Below are positions 1 to 12,313 of a stretch of DNA of 64,000 bases, one piece after another. Source of the stretch: Nitrososphaerales archaeon (GTDB lineage: Archaea; Thermoproteota; Nitrososphaeria; Nitrososphaerales; UBA213); contig CBDAOC010000020.1 of the NCBI GenBank assembly GCA_965197925.1, positions 704,001-768,000 of the forward strand, given 5' to 3'. Position 1 is the first letter of the stretch. The number at the start of each line of letters is the position of its first letter. The position numbers and the translations under genes are program-made. A model generated the notes under the pieces. It was not told where the DNA came from. It searched no databases and saw only the letters and a list, made by a program, of their open reading frames with translations.

Positions 1-748
1 ATACGAGAAGGAACCCTGTACTTGCTGAACTGATATAATTCATAGTTATCATATCCCTCATCTGCAGCAACGTACCTAATTCCTTCTGCCAATGGATGCT
101 GTTATACTCTGATAGATATTATCATCACGAATATTGGCAGTAGTGAGTTCAGCAGATAATGGTACAATCGATGAACCTCCACTAGATGTCATATACAGCT
201 TGTATCCAAATATCCATCCCTTGGTTTTGCCGTAGCCCCATCTTGCATCTATATCTATTCCAGTGTAAGGAATAATATTCTTTATCATGCTTGATTTGTG
301 CCATACACATTCTTTTTTCAATATACAACTATCAGCAGATACAATGAATGGATCTACCAATTCTTCCCTCACAAACATAACCATTACATCTATTCTTGAC
401 TTTATGTCATACGATATGGTCTTGTTCCTTCTGTAGAATATTCTTCTATCTGGCAACCTATCAAGATCACCTGATTGCATAACTCTCCTGTCGTATGCAA
501 TATCTAACGAAGAATATTGATGTAATAGATTATTGCTAGGAAGTCTTAGCCACATTGTTACGATGAAGCACCTTAGCATTACTGTTAGTGAATAGTAGAA
601 GGGTCTCCCTCTTCTTATTAGGTTTTGGCTGAGGAACCAAATCAATCAAAAATAATATACAAAGAAGTATGGAGTCTGAGCTAAACATATAAACAATAAA
701 AACTAGAACCTGATCTTATCGTTTCGAACTAAATTACGCCCAAGCCTC
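1..748 (-). mobile_element. IS family A, divergent copy A1 (DDE_Tnp_1-type transposase pseudogene); runs off the window start
   Basis: Left end rc GAGGCTTGGGCGTAATTTAG ends at 748, the same terminus as the other A copies. ORF 76..645 has the DARWGYGKTKGWIFGYKL motif and is frameshifted. Confidence 0.9.
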
Positions 749-749
749 A

Positions 750-1631
750 ATTAATCAGGGAATTGATATACAGTTTGGAAAAAAATTAAAGGATATTGAA
801 ATTATCAATTCTCAAAAAGTGAAAGCTCATTTTGAGGATGATACCACAGCCGAGGGTAACCTTTTGATCGGATGTGATGGAATTAGTTCACGAACACGTA
901 AGATCATAATTCCAGATGCGCCAAAGCCCCGATACGATGGTATAGTAGCCACCGGTGGAGTTTCCAGAGTTCCTATCGAACCTAGATCACCTAATTACTT
1001 CTATGCGAACTTTCTAAACGGTGCTACGGTTGCCCATCTTACATCAAAGGAAGGCGAAACATTTTGGTGGCTATCTCTAGCATACTCAAAAGAACCAACG
1101 AGAGAGGAGCTAAATTCCATTACAAGCGTTCAATGGAAACAAAAATTGCTTGATTTGTGTGACGGTGCTCCTTCTGTATACAAGAAAATCATTGAGGGAC
1201 ATGAAGGAAATTACCCGAAGATTCCACTATACGATATTGAATTTCTAGAAACTTGGCATAAAGGTCCAATCTGTTTACTTGGGGATGCTGCACATCCAAC
1301 ATCGCCACACGTTGGTCAGGGGGCTTCTATGGCTCTTGAGGATTCTATAACTCTTGCAAAGTGTTTGCGAGATATAGAAGACGCGCAGAAAGCTTTTGCA
1401 AAGTTTCAAAGCCTCCGGAAAGAACGAACAGAAAAAATGATAAAATTTTCACGGCAAAGTGGACAAAGTCTTCTCATGACCAATCCTATCAAAAAGTGGT
1501 TCAGAGATCGAATGCTCTCAATGTTTACAAAACCTTTTTTCTTAAAACATTCCATAAGTGGGGATAGATATAGCATAGATTTCTTTTTTGGATATAAAGT
1601 AGATTGGGATCAAAAGATATCTTTAAATTAA
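750..1631 (+). pseudogene. FAD-dependent monooxygenase (UbiH/salicylate hydroxylase-like), 5' part cut off by IS A1
   Basis: LLIGCDGISS and LLGDAAHPTSPHVGQGASMALED flavoprotein motifs. The frame is open up to the IS end (INQGIDIQFGKKL...) and the N-terminal GxGxxG is missing. Confidence 0.85.
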
Positions 1632-1730
1632 ATTTGAGAATGAAGATAAGAACTAACAAAAAGTCATACTTTGAAACATTTAGCTTAAATTTCATACTAG
1701 AACAGGAGTTCCCTTATCCAATACAAACCA

Positions 1731-1758
1731 CGTTATTTTACAGACCTAGAAAATAACG
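1731..1758. terminator. 9-bp inverted repeat between convergent genes, possible terminator or binding site
   Basis: CGTTATTTT-N10-AAAATAACG. Confidence 0.3.
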
Positions 1759-1914
1759 GGTCAAAACCCATGGTTGGTAAGAAGATGTAACTATATTAAG
1801 TGTCAAAATTTATTTTCATTTTATTAAATCTCGGCATTAGTATTGTAGCAAAAATAAGAGATACAGCGGTTGCAAAAATAGCTAAGAGGTACGATCTAAA
1901 AACGAACATGATTC

Positions 1915-2343
1915 TTATTCTATGCTTATTTCACTACCATAGACCTTCTTTGGCAATATTACTTCTAATACACCATTTGTGAATGAAGCCAGTGCCCTTG
2001 TAGGATCTACAGTGCTTGGTAATTTTATAGTCTTGCGATAGGTTTCAAACTCCATTTCTTTTTCTCTATGATGTAAAAGCCTAACACATTGATTCATTTT
2101 GGCCTTTATTGTTACGGTCTCTTCTGTGCTCTTAACGTCAATGTTTGCCTTCATAACACATGGTAAATCTACACTAACAATAATATCGTCAGGCGTTTCG
2201 GATATCTGGTCAAGGGGACGAAGCTCCTTGTGCTCAATATCGTAAAATTCCTCTTCGAACGAAGAAAGTTCTAACATACTACGCATCATATTCCTCATCC
2301 TTCTAATCTCATCAATAATTTCTTGGGTTTCATCTATATCCAT
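1915..2343 (-). CDS. Hsp20/alpha-crystallin small heat-shock protein
   Basis: VDLPCV..., RKTIKLP...ASFTNGVLEVILPK. ATG at 2343 is preceded by a GGTGA Shine-Dalgarno-like motif. Confidence 0.9.
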   Translation of the reverse strand: MDIDETQEIIDEIRRMRNMMRSMLELSSFEEEFYDIEHKELRPLDQISETPDDIIVSVDLPCVMKANIDVKSTEETVTIKAKMNQCVRLLHHREKEMEFETYRKTIKLPSTVDPTRALASFTNGVLEVILPKKVYGSEISIE

Positions 2344-2347
2344 AAAA

Positions 2348-2510
2348 TCACCTATAAATCGCAGGATGTGTACCTTCAATCTTTGTCTCCTTTAGGGTAC
2401 CTTCAGTCTGTCTCATAAGCTCTCTTGTTTTGATCCTTATCATTTCAGCCTCATCCTGTAATGGTTTCAGATTTACGTTTGTTTCTAGAATCTTATTCAC
2501 TATAGACAAT
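2348..2510 (-). pseudogene. C-terminal remnant of a PAC2-like proteasome assembly chaperone, truncated by IS B1
   Basis: ...IVNKILETNVNLKPLQDEAEMIRIKTRELM...PAIYR resembles the archaeal PAC2 C-terminus. It abuts the IS end at 2511. Confidence 0.6.
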
Positions 2511-3388
2511 GAAGTCATCCCAATACTCTCCAATACATCATAATCGACGAAATGATAACAAATGCCAGATAGTTTTGTGCATTCTTCTCATATCTGATCC
2601 TGGTTCTGTGGAACCCATTCTTCAACCAGGCAAAGAATCTCTCCACAACATAGCGCGTCTTGCCGTATAGGTATTGTTCTGTATTATCATTTTGTTGTTG
2701 TGTCTTACTGTTTTTTCTGTAAGGCATGCAGTCAGAGATTTTTCTTTTGGTGAGGTATTTCCTGATGAATTCTGCATCATAGCCCTTGTCTGCTTGGCAC
2801 CGCGCAATTTTTCTGATAGATCTCTCATCCAGATATTGTGAGATGCCATCCATCACGTCTACAAATCTTGCAGAGTCATGCTGATTTGCAGGACATTACT
2901 ACTGAGACTGGCAGTCCGTTTTGTTCCACCGCAACGTGTATTTTTGTGCCTGAAATCCTGTTGAATCCGTTGTATCCTATGACGCTTCCCCTTTTTTGGC
3001 CGGAACTGATGACGAATCGACCGTTTTTTGCAGCTGCATCTTGCCTGATCTGTGGGCTGATTTGACTGCAGCGGAGAGGATATTCTTCCATATTCCACGT
3101 CGCTGCCAGTTCTGCAGTCTGCGGTGCGCAGTTGATTTGGAGCCGTACCTTTGTGACATCCCAGTCCACCTGCATCCTGTTATCCCGACAAACAGGATTC
3201 CGTTGACTGTCTTTCTGTCGTCTGCCCTTGGCCTTCCGGTTCTGGCTGGCTTGGGGAGATGCGGTGATATCATCTTCCATTGTTCACCTGTTATCTCCTG
3301 AAATTTCATGATCTGCTACGGGCAGCATTGCAAATAGATCCAAATGATCGTCAATTATTCACTAAATGATCAGTTTTGGGATCAGTTG
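2511..3388 (-). mobile_element. IS family B copy B1, IS5 family (two-ORF, -1 frameshift type), defective
   Basis: Termini GAAGTCATCCCAA / TTGGGATCAGTTG. orfA 2977..3309 (TGCRW), A6G4 slippery site, DKGYD and RYVVERFFAWL motifs. Extra 2-bp deletion in orfB. Flanks AAT/TTC do not match. Confidence 0.95.
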
Positions 3389-3565
3389 TTCAATATACTT
3401 CGGCAATCTTGGAATTATATTCATCTTGGATTCAGTGTTAATTACAATATTTGCGGAACCTGGAATGTGCTTCCTTTCATACCGTTCTTTTTTCCCCATA
3501 TCTAACACTATAATTGGTCCTCCACTGTCCAGTCTATGTTTCAATTCGTTCGCTGTGATAGCCAT
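3389..3565 (-). pseudogene. N-terminal rhodanese-domain fragment truncated by IS B1
   Basis: MAITANELKHRL...VLDM...YERKHIPGS rhodanese signature runs into the IS end. Confidence 0.75.
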
Positions 3566-4180
3566 AGGATTACATTGTGGCTCGCACTCATTCGTACCCA
3601 TGGTTGTTGGTATGAGAAACTTCATGCTATTTATATGATAAGAAATAGCAGTCTAACAAGGTGAGGGGTTTATGCTTGAAATTGGATTTGAGTATTTGAA
3701 TTTTCGCCTGTTACAGTTGGTAGTAAGGAGTAATCCGAGTTCTAGTTGGGAGGATTTTGTTTCGAATATAAAGTATCAATATAAGATAATATATGGAAAA
3801 TTAACAACTTATAAAATATGAGATCTTATTATTTTCTGTTTAAATATCTATAAACTAAGTATGACTTTTCTCAGTTTGAATAATACATTCTTCAGATGAT
3901 TAAATAAATCCTTATCTGTCTTGCATAATGGTAGCATCAATAAGTTTATTGATGGATTCCGTTTCGTCATGGATTTTCTTAGTACTTTACCCCTTTTATG
4001 ATATTTCGGAGTGTAATTTTTCCTGCTCAAAATTTTGGTTCGGATTGGAAAGAATTTGATTGAGTCAATCCGGACTTTGTCCTAGACAATCGAAGTAATT
4101 GAACCATGATGTAGGAAATTATATTAGGTTCACTAAAGTTAATAATTCTAGTGATTATTGTGCGCAATAAAGGAGAAGAA

Positions 4181-5695
4181 ATGGAGGCAAACCAAACCAA
4201 GCCCATTGGTGGCATAGCAAAAAAGAGAATTCATCCCAATCAAGCGGCTGTATGGGACAACCTACTCCTTAGTGTTGGTTTTAAGAGGAATCTGGTGAAG
4301 GTATTTTACTTCCTCTAAAAAACAAAGAAGAAGGTAGAGGAAAAATCGATCTGGCATTTCCTGATCCTCTGGTATACTCCATGATCCTCTTTGGACCCCC
4401 TGGAATAGGAAAAACGGTTATAGCAACAGCAATGGCGAATTATCTCGGTTGGCATTATTGTTACATCACTCCGGAGGATTTCACATTCAAAGATAAACTA
4501 TATCAATAGAGCTTTTAGGTTTATTTTGAATAATAATGGTAAAATTTGGAAACACCTAGAATACACAGTTCTTATCTTTGATTAAATAGAAGAGGTCGTT
4601 GGTCACAGAGGGAAAGAGGGTACTGACATTGCTCGTCGTTTGGCTACAACTAATATGCTAACTAAATTTGAGCAACTTCGGAAAGATGCAGAAAACAGAG
4701 AGATTCTTATTGTGGTATGTACTAACCATTTAGAAAATCTTGATCCTGCCTTCATAAGACGTGGAAGGTTTGATTGGTTGGTACCAGTAACTACCCCCGA
4801 CAGAAGAGCTCGTTATAAAATGTTCAGTATTGCTATGGAAGAAGAACCCAAAGTAATGTTACATCATGACCCTGAAAAGCATAAGGTAGTATTACATAGT
4901 TTGAGTAGAATTTCTCAAGGACTTACATATTCAGAGATTGTAGAGTTGTGTAAAAATGCTAAAGTTCAATTTGGAAAGGAAGCTTCATTGCGTGAGTTTG
5001 AAAGGGCAGTTCTTAAACTCACGGAGAAACCCGCAATAAATAGAAAAGATCTCGAGCTGGTTGAAGAAGAGTCAAGAACCTTCGCTAGAGGACATCCGTT
5101 TGAGTATCAGACAAATCTTAACAATGCAATAGATAATGAGTTTGGCAGAATTTTGGTATACGCAGAGTTGGAAGAGGTACCTGTTGGACCAGGAAGGGAT
5201 TGTGTGATCTATGTCAAGGTCGTGAATCTCACAGACTTCGAATTAGAAAATGTGGAGATGATTTATAGAAGCGAAGACCTTGATCCAAATTATAAGGGCA
5301 AAGGCCGTGAATCAACTTACGGGAAAACTATTTTCAATAACATAGAGACATGTTACGGCAGGATCAGTTTCAAGGAAAATAAAATTCAGCCTAATGATGA
5401 TAGAGATTATACACTCTACCACAGGCTCAAGAATTATTATATGTTAAATAAAAAAGAAAGAGAATATATCAGACTATTGACTTACCTAAAGACGGATATT
5501 AGGGTAAAGCTATCTGATTCCCAATCATTAGGGCGGTATTTTATACGTCCAGGTTCCTTCATAGCAAAGGCAGTTCGAGTGCCGTCAGATGAAGAAAATC
5601 CTATTGTAATTTCTGGGTGGCAAAAAATACCTTCTTTTTACATTTACCTGATTTCCGCCATAGGAAAAAATATGAGACTGTACATAACATCCTAG
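4181..5695 (+). pseudogene. AAA+ ATPase with C-terminal extension, pseudogene
   Basis: Walker A (ILFGPPGIGKT, about 4381), Walker B broken by a stop (LIFD*IEE, about 4570), SRH TNHLENLDPAFIRRGRFD in ORF 4640..5695. Frameshifts upstream. Confidence 0.85.
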
Positions 5696-6252
5696 GTGAA
5701 GCTGGCTTCAAGGATAGTGAATGTTTGGGGATGCAAAAAGATATTCTTGCAATGATTCACAAAGGAATTATTCCTAAAGAGATAGCGAAAACAATACAAA
5801 GCATTAGGGAATGATTTGTATGAACAGAAAATATCTTTAGGGAAATTTTTATTTTACTTTAGGTGAGAAAAATCAATAGTTCATTTACTTTCTCAGAAAG
5901 ATGGTAATTAGTGGGAGGTATTACTGAGTAATAAGTAAAATACGACCAAGTTATTTTTCAAAATCTTTGGATAATAATCAATGAATTTATTTTGCCTATA
6001 CATGGGCAAGTCATGTTAAATTACTACAGGGTTTAAGAAAAATAGTACATAATGGGCTAAGAAGAGGAATGATTGAAATATTTGTCAAACCGGAGAACAG
6101 AAGGAAAATTGTTAGTCTTGGCAAGACATGGTAATGGTCAATACTTTGGATGTTTCGTAGATAAAATAATTTCTCGTCTCTTCACATATTATTAAAAGCC
6201 ACACAAGGTAGGAATAACATGAAAAAAATGACAAGGAAATCTGTTAATGTTG

Positions 6253-6639
6253 TTATAACATTTGACGTGCGGTTTTCAGATGCATTCTTGCTTCTCTCAG
6301 ATCCTTAAGAGCGGGCCTGTAATCACCTTCATCGATATTATTCTGTGCTAAATCAAGGAAACCCTGAGCAGCTTCCACTTCCGCTTGCGCATCTGTATTT
6401 CCTTCTGTGTCTACTTTGTCTTGTACCCTATCTGATATTTTTTCCATTACAGTTAATATTCTTTGAATTCTATGTATTTTTCTATCTCTAGCAGTGTCTT
6501 TCCTTTCTTCTCTCTCATCCTTAGCAGTGTCTTTCCTTTCTTCCTCTTCTTCTTGTCCCATTGCTGGGTTTACAGCAAATGACGTTGTAAGAAGAATAAC
6601 CATCAAAGACCCTGCAAGTAACATCATCGATTTCTTCAT
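6253..6639 (-). CDS. Secreted helical hypothetical protein with an 11-aa internal repeat
   Basis: MKKSMMLLAGSLMVILLTTSFAVNPAMG signal-like N-terminus. EERKDTA occurs twice (33-bp period, 6489..6543). Confidence 0.7.
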   Translation of the reverse strand: MKKSMMLLAGSLMVILLTTSFAVNPAMGQEEEEERKDTAKDEREERKDTARDRKIHRIQRILTVMEKISDRVQDKVDTEGNTDAQAEVEAAQGFLDLAQNNIDEGDYRPALKDLREARMHLKTARQML

Positions 6640-6891
6640 ATGATGAATGTTATAGCTGTGAGATTTCAATTAACGGATGTATGGATTTCTAACAGACAAA
6701 CTCACATTTTCCCCTAACAGTAGGAGATTAAGATATCATCCTCCATTAATGAAAAAAAGGAATGAATTAAATCGCAAGTTGTACAATATGATGTGGCTTA
6801 TTCCTTCATGATTTCATCTAGTAATAAAAATTACTCTTTTTCAAAATATTCTATGTATTACAAAAGTCTTCTATCAGCATCAAGTTTGAAG

Positions 6892-7007
6892 TGGGCCCGG
6901 AGGGACTCGAACCCACGATCTGCGGTTCCGAAGACCGCCGCCCTAATCCTCTCTAGGTCATGAAAACATACTTTTACATTTCACATGACTAGCTAGGCTA
7001 CGGGCCC
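6892..7007 (-). tRNA. tRNA-Arg(UCG) with a 40-nt D-loop intron (6951..6990)
   Basis: Acceptor stem GGGCCCG/CGGGCCC, anticodon arm GCGGT-CT-TCG-GA-ACCGC, T-loop GTTCGAGTC. BHB motif CTAG/CTA ... CTAG/AGA. Confidence 0.95.
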
Positions 7008-7321
7008 AACAGCTAATTTATCTTGGCCTAATATTTTAGTGATTTGGCAATATATTGTTATTATAAATATGGTAATAGCCTATTATGGCAGATACATATC
7101 CTCCATCTTAATTTTATATTGTTAATCAATCAATCTAAAGAAGGAATATACTGTATATTCAGCCTTCTTCAACTTATTAGAGATATAGCAAACCATGAAA
7201 TTCACAGTAGGAGAAACACTACGAAAAAGAACCTTCGAACAAGAAGGTTGTTGTATAGAATCTAGTTGGATTAGAGACTGTAGGCAATGATTTCAAATAC
7301 TTAAACTCGTTCAATCATGTG

Positions 7322-8200
7322 GTCAGTTTTTCATTTCTGGTTAACATTATGTCATAAGTTATGGTTACGTCATTGATTGTTTTTGTAATGGTTTCACGAA
7401 GCTAGGTCATTTACATTATATGAATCAGAATTGTTAGGTAATCCTACATGAACCGAAACACATGTGAGGCGGCCTTGCTGGACAAACCTCGTTTTGATTT
7501 TTTCTTGGTTTGACAGTACCACACAGCTATCAAGCTTGTTTCTAATGTGTTTGACCTCTTCGTTGGGTGGACTAGCCAATAGCATTTGAAGTAATATTTT
7601 CTTATTATCTTAGTTGGAATTGATATAGTAGCAATGACAAGTCAAAATACTATTATTGGGTCGACATAGAGAGAGGCTTCCTTCCAACCGATTTCTGATA
7701 ATATAAATGAAATTACAAATGCAAAAAGTATAGCGCCATTAATGACACTTTACCTTCCAGTTTTTAACATCAACTTCTATTAGAGGGTATACAATCTGTC
7801 TGTAAAAATAACGTAACCAAACCATTGTTGCGACAAATCTTAAAGTTGCTAGCGCAGAATACAAAATTGCCTATCCTAAAGAAAGTTGAGAACCACCACT
7901 AAGTAAACTTTTAATTGTTAATACTAACGCCATAATGGAAATACTTAGAACCGAAAGTCTCTTGATTATGTTGATAAGCGGTTCAAAAGAATAATACCAG
8001 AATTGAAATCGTTCAGTTTCTCCTTTTTCAATTAGTAAAAAAATCTTCAAGGTTACAATTCCTAACACAAGTGTAATGAAGTTGAATATTCCATCTAGTG
8101 AAATTGCATCTGAATTAGTAAAAAGTGCAAAACTAATTCCAAAACCAACCATAGAAATGCTACCTCAAAGTGAAATTTTCAATACGGCCTTCTTGTTCAT
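7322..8200 (-). pseudogene. Cation diffusion facilitator (CDF) transporter pseudogene (3' end approximate)
   Basis: TNSDAISLDGIFN...ERFQFWYYSFEPLIN CDF motif. In-frame stops, including TGA at codon 12, and fragmented ORFs 7871..8152 and 7394..7585. Confidence 0.75.
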
Positions 8201-8346
8201 TCCTTCTGGAAAGTGGTTGTACAACTTTTAAAATGTTATATCCAAGACACTTTAGTTTGGTGTTTTGAAAATACATTGTCAAAGAAATTGTTTAAGTTAT
8301 GGCATCCGTATATTAGATCTGCAATTTATTGAAAGGACAGGTAAAT

Positions 8347-9438
8347 GAGGCATGGGCATTATTCCATATAACAAAAATAACTTGATGCCTCTGATTGATT
8401 AACTTCCCAACATGTGCTTCAATGCCCTTAATGGTCTTCCTGTCAAGTAGTTATAGTATACCATCAGCTGGTATAGCAATATAGAAATCAGAACGATGCT
8501 CCTAGCTTTATCGAACCCTCTAACTGGCAATGGATCTATGGTAAATACATCCTTCATATGCTCTATCAATGGCTCAACGCTTATGCTCCTCCGAGAATAT
8601 ACATGCTGTCCAAATTCAGATTGATAGAACTGCAGCAATGCCAGTCTATTATTATCTGTAGTATGCTTGTACCTTTCCAATGGGAATACTGGATACCCTC
8701 TATACCTGCTGAAATCACATAACTTGTGATCATCATATCCTTCATCTCCTACAACATACCTTACCATTCCTGTAGGCAATGAAGATGTTATGCTTTCATA
8801 CATCTTGTTATCAGTAATGTTAGCTGTTGTGAAATCAGCTGATAATGGAACTATCAACGAACCTGTGCTACATGCTAGATGCATCTTGTATCCGAATACC
8901 CATCCCTTGGTTCTGCTGTAGCCCCATCGAGCATCTGTATCTATACCGGAGCGTGGCACTTCATTCTTCTTCATGCTAGATTTGTGCCATACATGTCCCT
9001 TTGCTTTCAACAATGAACTGTCAACGGATACTAATGGGTCTACCAACCCATCTTTTATGAAGAGCATACCCATAGCACCTATCCTTGATCTTATGTCAAT
9101 TGATACGGCCTTGACCTTCTGTCGAATGTTCTTCTGTCTGGCAACCTATCAAGACCACATGCCTTCATTACCTTCCTGTTGTATGGCATGTCTATCGAAA
9201 AGTATTGATGTAACACATTGTTGCTTGGTATTCTTACCCATACTCTAACGATGAAGCATCTCACCATAACTGTAGGAGAATTGTAGAATGGTCTACCCCT
9301 TTTCCTATTAGGTTTTGACTAAGGAATCACGTCAATCAAAAATAATATACGAAGAAGTATGGAGTCTGAGCTAAACATATCAACAATGAAAAATGGAACC
9401 TGATCTTATCGTTTCGAACTAAATTACGCCCAAGCCTC
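8347..9438 (-). mobile_element. IS family A copy A2 (about 1.09 kb; DDE_Tnp_1, IS4/IS5/IS982-like, family unassigned), defective
   Basis: Imperfect 17-bp TIR GAGGCWTGGGCRTWATT. Perfect 8-bp TSD AGGTAAAT (8339..8346 and 9439..9446). W-to-TAG stop and a 1-bp deletion in the transposase. Confidence 0.97.
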
Positions 9439-9876
9439 AGGTAAATAGAACATTATTGTTTTGGTAACCTTCGGATTCTAACCTAATATTGTCCAATTTA
9501 CCGAAGAAATTCCAAACGACGAGATACTCAAGGAGAGAAAAGATATTAGCATCAAAAGTTGTCTTGACAATTTTAGTGGTAATTGAAATGGACGTCCATC
9601 CAACTTTGTAGTTATGTTTAGACAGCATTCTATATCAGGAGACCTACTTCCTACTCGCTTAACAAAAACATGTCAATAGTGATCAAGAGGTCAATAGAGT
9701 AAGAGGTATGTCAAATAACGATTTAGCAAATAACTTTTGAAGTTCATCATATAATTGGAAAGTTGGATTAACATTTACTTATTTCTTCAATACCTATATC
9801 TTATAATCTTCAAACAACAATCAAGTAAAGTAAGGTACCTAATTCTTTAATAGTTCAGGTGCATGGTGGTATAATA

Positions 9877-10455
9877 ATGGCTTTGTTATTTGAAGTGGCT
9901 CATTACAAAATAATTACCAGTGCATTATTACCAATGGTAAGAATTAGATTAAGAGTTACAAATGAGACAGGGAAGCAGTTTAGTGCTGGTATGATTGTAT
10001 GTGATGTTTATCTTGGCAAGTCAAAGTCACAAATTGCAGATCTACCCTACTTAACTACGTCTGTCTCTACCAGTAATGTTTGGGTAAGTTCTGGTAATAG
10101 TTTTGAAGTTCAACTTAATATAGCTTTTTCTCAAGAAATATTGTATAGACTTGATAAGCTAATAGAAACACAAGATGATGTACGCTTAAACCTTCACCCA
10201 CATGTCCAGATCTTCTATCTGGATCAACAAGGCAAAATCGAACAAACTGCTAGTGATACAGGTATATGCAATTTTGAAATCAAAATGAGCGACTGGACCA
10301 AAATAGCCTATGATTGGGGTAAAGATATGGTCTTGGTACCCATGTCACCAGAAACACATGAAAGAATAAAAGAACTTTTAAAAACCAATAAGCATTTGAA
10401 AAACATAGATGAATTAATGAAGGAATTAATGGACGTACACTCAAACCAGAGTTAG
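9877..10455 (+). CDS. Hypothetical protein, beta-rich with a possible C-terminal ribbon-helix-helix-like segment
   Basis: Intact ORF (9859 is an alternative start). C-terminus LVPMSPETHERIKELLK...IDELMKELMD. Confidence 0.65.
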   Translation: MALLFEVAHYKIITSALLPMVRIRLRVTNETGKQFSAGMIVCDVYLGKSKSQIADLPYLTTSVSTSNVWVSSGNSFEVQLNIAFSQEILYRLDKLIETQDDVRLNLHPHVQIFYLDQQGKIEQTASDTGICNFEIKMSDWTKIAYDWGKDMVLVPMSPETHERIKELLKTNKHLKNIDELMKELMDVHSNQS

Positions 10456-10541
10456 ACCTTATATGATCACCTATGTAGATAGTAGGTAAAGTACCGGCGT
10501 AGGTAATTGACTGATTTGTCTGCGAGATACAATATGTAGTT

Positions 10542-11636
10542 GAGGCATGGGCATTATTCCATATAACAAAAATAACTTGATGCCTCTGATTGATTAACTT
10601 CCCAACATGTGCTTCAATGCCCTTAATGGTCTTCCTGTCAAGTAGTTATAGTATACCATCAGCTGGTATAGCAATATAGAAATCAGAACGATGCTCCTAG
10701 CTTTATCGAACCCTCTAACTGGCAATGGATCTATGGTAAATACATCCTTCATATGCTCTATCAATGGCTCAACGCTTATGCTCCTCCGAGAATATACATG
10801 CTGTCCAAATTCAGATTGATAGAACTGCAGCAATGCCAGTCTATTATTATCTGTAGTATGCTTGTACCTTTCCAATGGGAATACTGGATACCCTCTATAC
10901 CTGCTGAAATCACATAACTTGTGATCATCATATCCTTCATCTCCTACAACATACCTTACCATTCCTGTAGGCAATGAAGATGTTATGCTTTCATACATCT
11001 TGTTATCAGTAATGTTAGCTGTTGTGAAATCAGCTGATAATGGAACTATCAACGAACCTGTGCTACATGCTAGATGCATCTTGTATCCGAATACCCATCC
11101 CTTGGTTCTGCTGTAGCCCCATCGAGCATCTGTATCTATACCGGAGCGTGGCACTTCATTCTTCTTCATGCTAGATTTGTGCCATACATGTCCCTTTGCT
11201 TTCAACAATGAACTGTCAACGGATACTATGGCTGGGTCTACCAACCCATCTTTTATGAAGAGCATACCCATAGCACCTATCCTTGATCTTATGTCAATTG
11301 ATACGGCCTTGACCTTCTGTCGAATGTTCTTCTGTCTGGCAACCTATCAAGACCACATGCCTTCATTACCTTCCTGTTGTATGGCATGTCTATCGAATAG
11401 TATTCATGCAAAGCATTGTTGCTTGGTATTCTTACCCATACTCTAACGATGAAGCATCTCACCATAACTGTAGGAGAATTGTAGAATGGTCTACCCCTTT
11501 TCCTATTAGGTTTTGACTAAGGAATCACGTCAATCAAAAATAATATACGAAGAAGTATGGAGTCTGAGCTAAACACATTACCAATATGAACTAGAACCTG
11601 ATCTTATCGTTTCGAACTAAATTACGCCCAAGCCTC
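10542..11636 (-). mobile_element. IS family A copy A3, defective
   Basis: Near-identical to A2, with the same TAG stop and frameshift. Flanks ATGTAGTT/ACTTAATT do not form a TSD. Confidence 0.97.
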
Positions 11637-12313
11637 ACTTAATTAGTAACTTATTAACAACGAATTCAGATACGACTTCTGTAGTACCTTTTGCATTTAC
11701 CATACGCCAGGCCATAATATCTAAAAATACAAATGAAATTTTTAATACTTGTGTACCTCAAAATATTAGTCAAAAATACTGAGTGTGAGATATGGTATAA
11801 ATTTTCAACTTGACAGCGAGGTAAACCAAATCACAACAAAGTACTTATTTTACTGAGGATTATCCAGAAAAATTTGATTTATCATTAATGAGTAGGCTAG
11901 GTTGCCTTGCCAGGTTGGTGTTAAAGAAGATAAAAGAAATGCATAGTCCTTTGTGTCAATAAGTCTTATAATCTCTTTCCTCATTGTTCTGTTATTAGTT
12001 CGGTATGACAATAGTAGTTCTAACTCTAGGCTCCTGACTCCTATGTTTTTAAAATATTATGAGGGATTATTTATCTCCATTTTTTATAAAAGGCAAATAT
12101 GAATTTGCAGACATGTGAATGTCATTACCTTGACTTTAGTGAAAGCTCTTCCCAAAAGGAAGCATATACATATTCTAGATGATTTAATAATAAATTACCA
12201 TATTAGTTCAACTCTCTAGTTATAATTAACGTCTTTGGCCTGAATATCGCATTTGATCTCATAAAAGAAGTAAAACTTTATTTCTAATATATTGATAATT
12301 TATCAAACTCGTC

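Noticed and set aside
8347..11636. Composite transposon A2-cargo-A3
   Set aside because: A2 has its own 8-bp TSD, and the outer flanks of the pair do not match.
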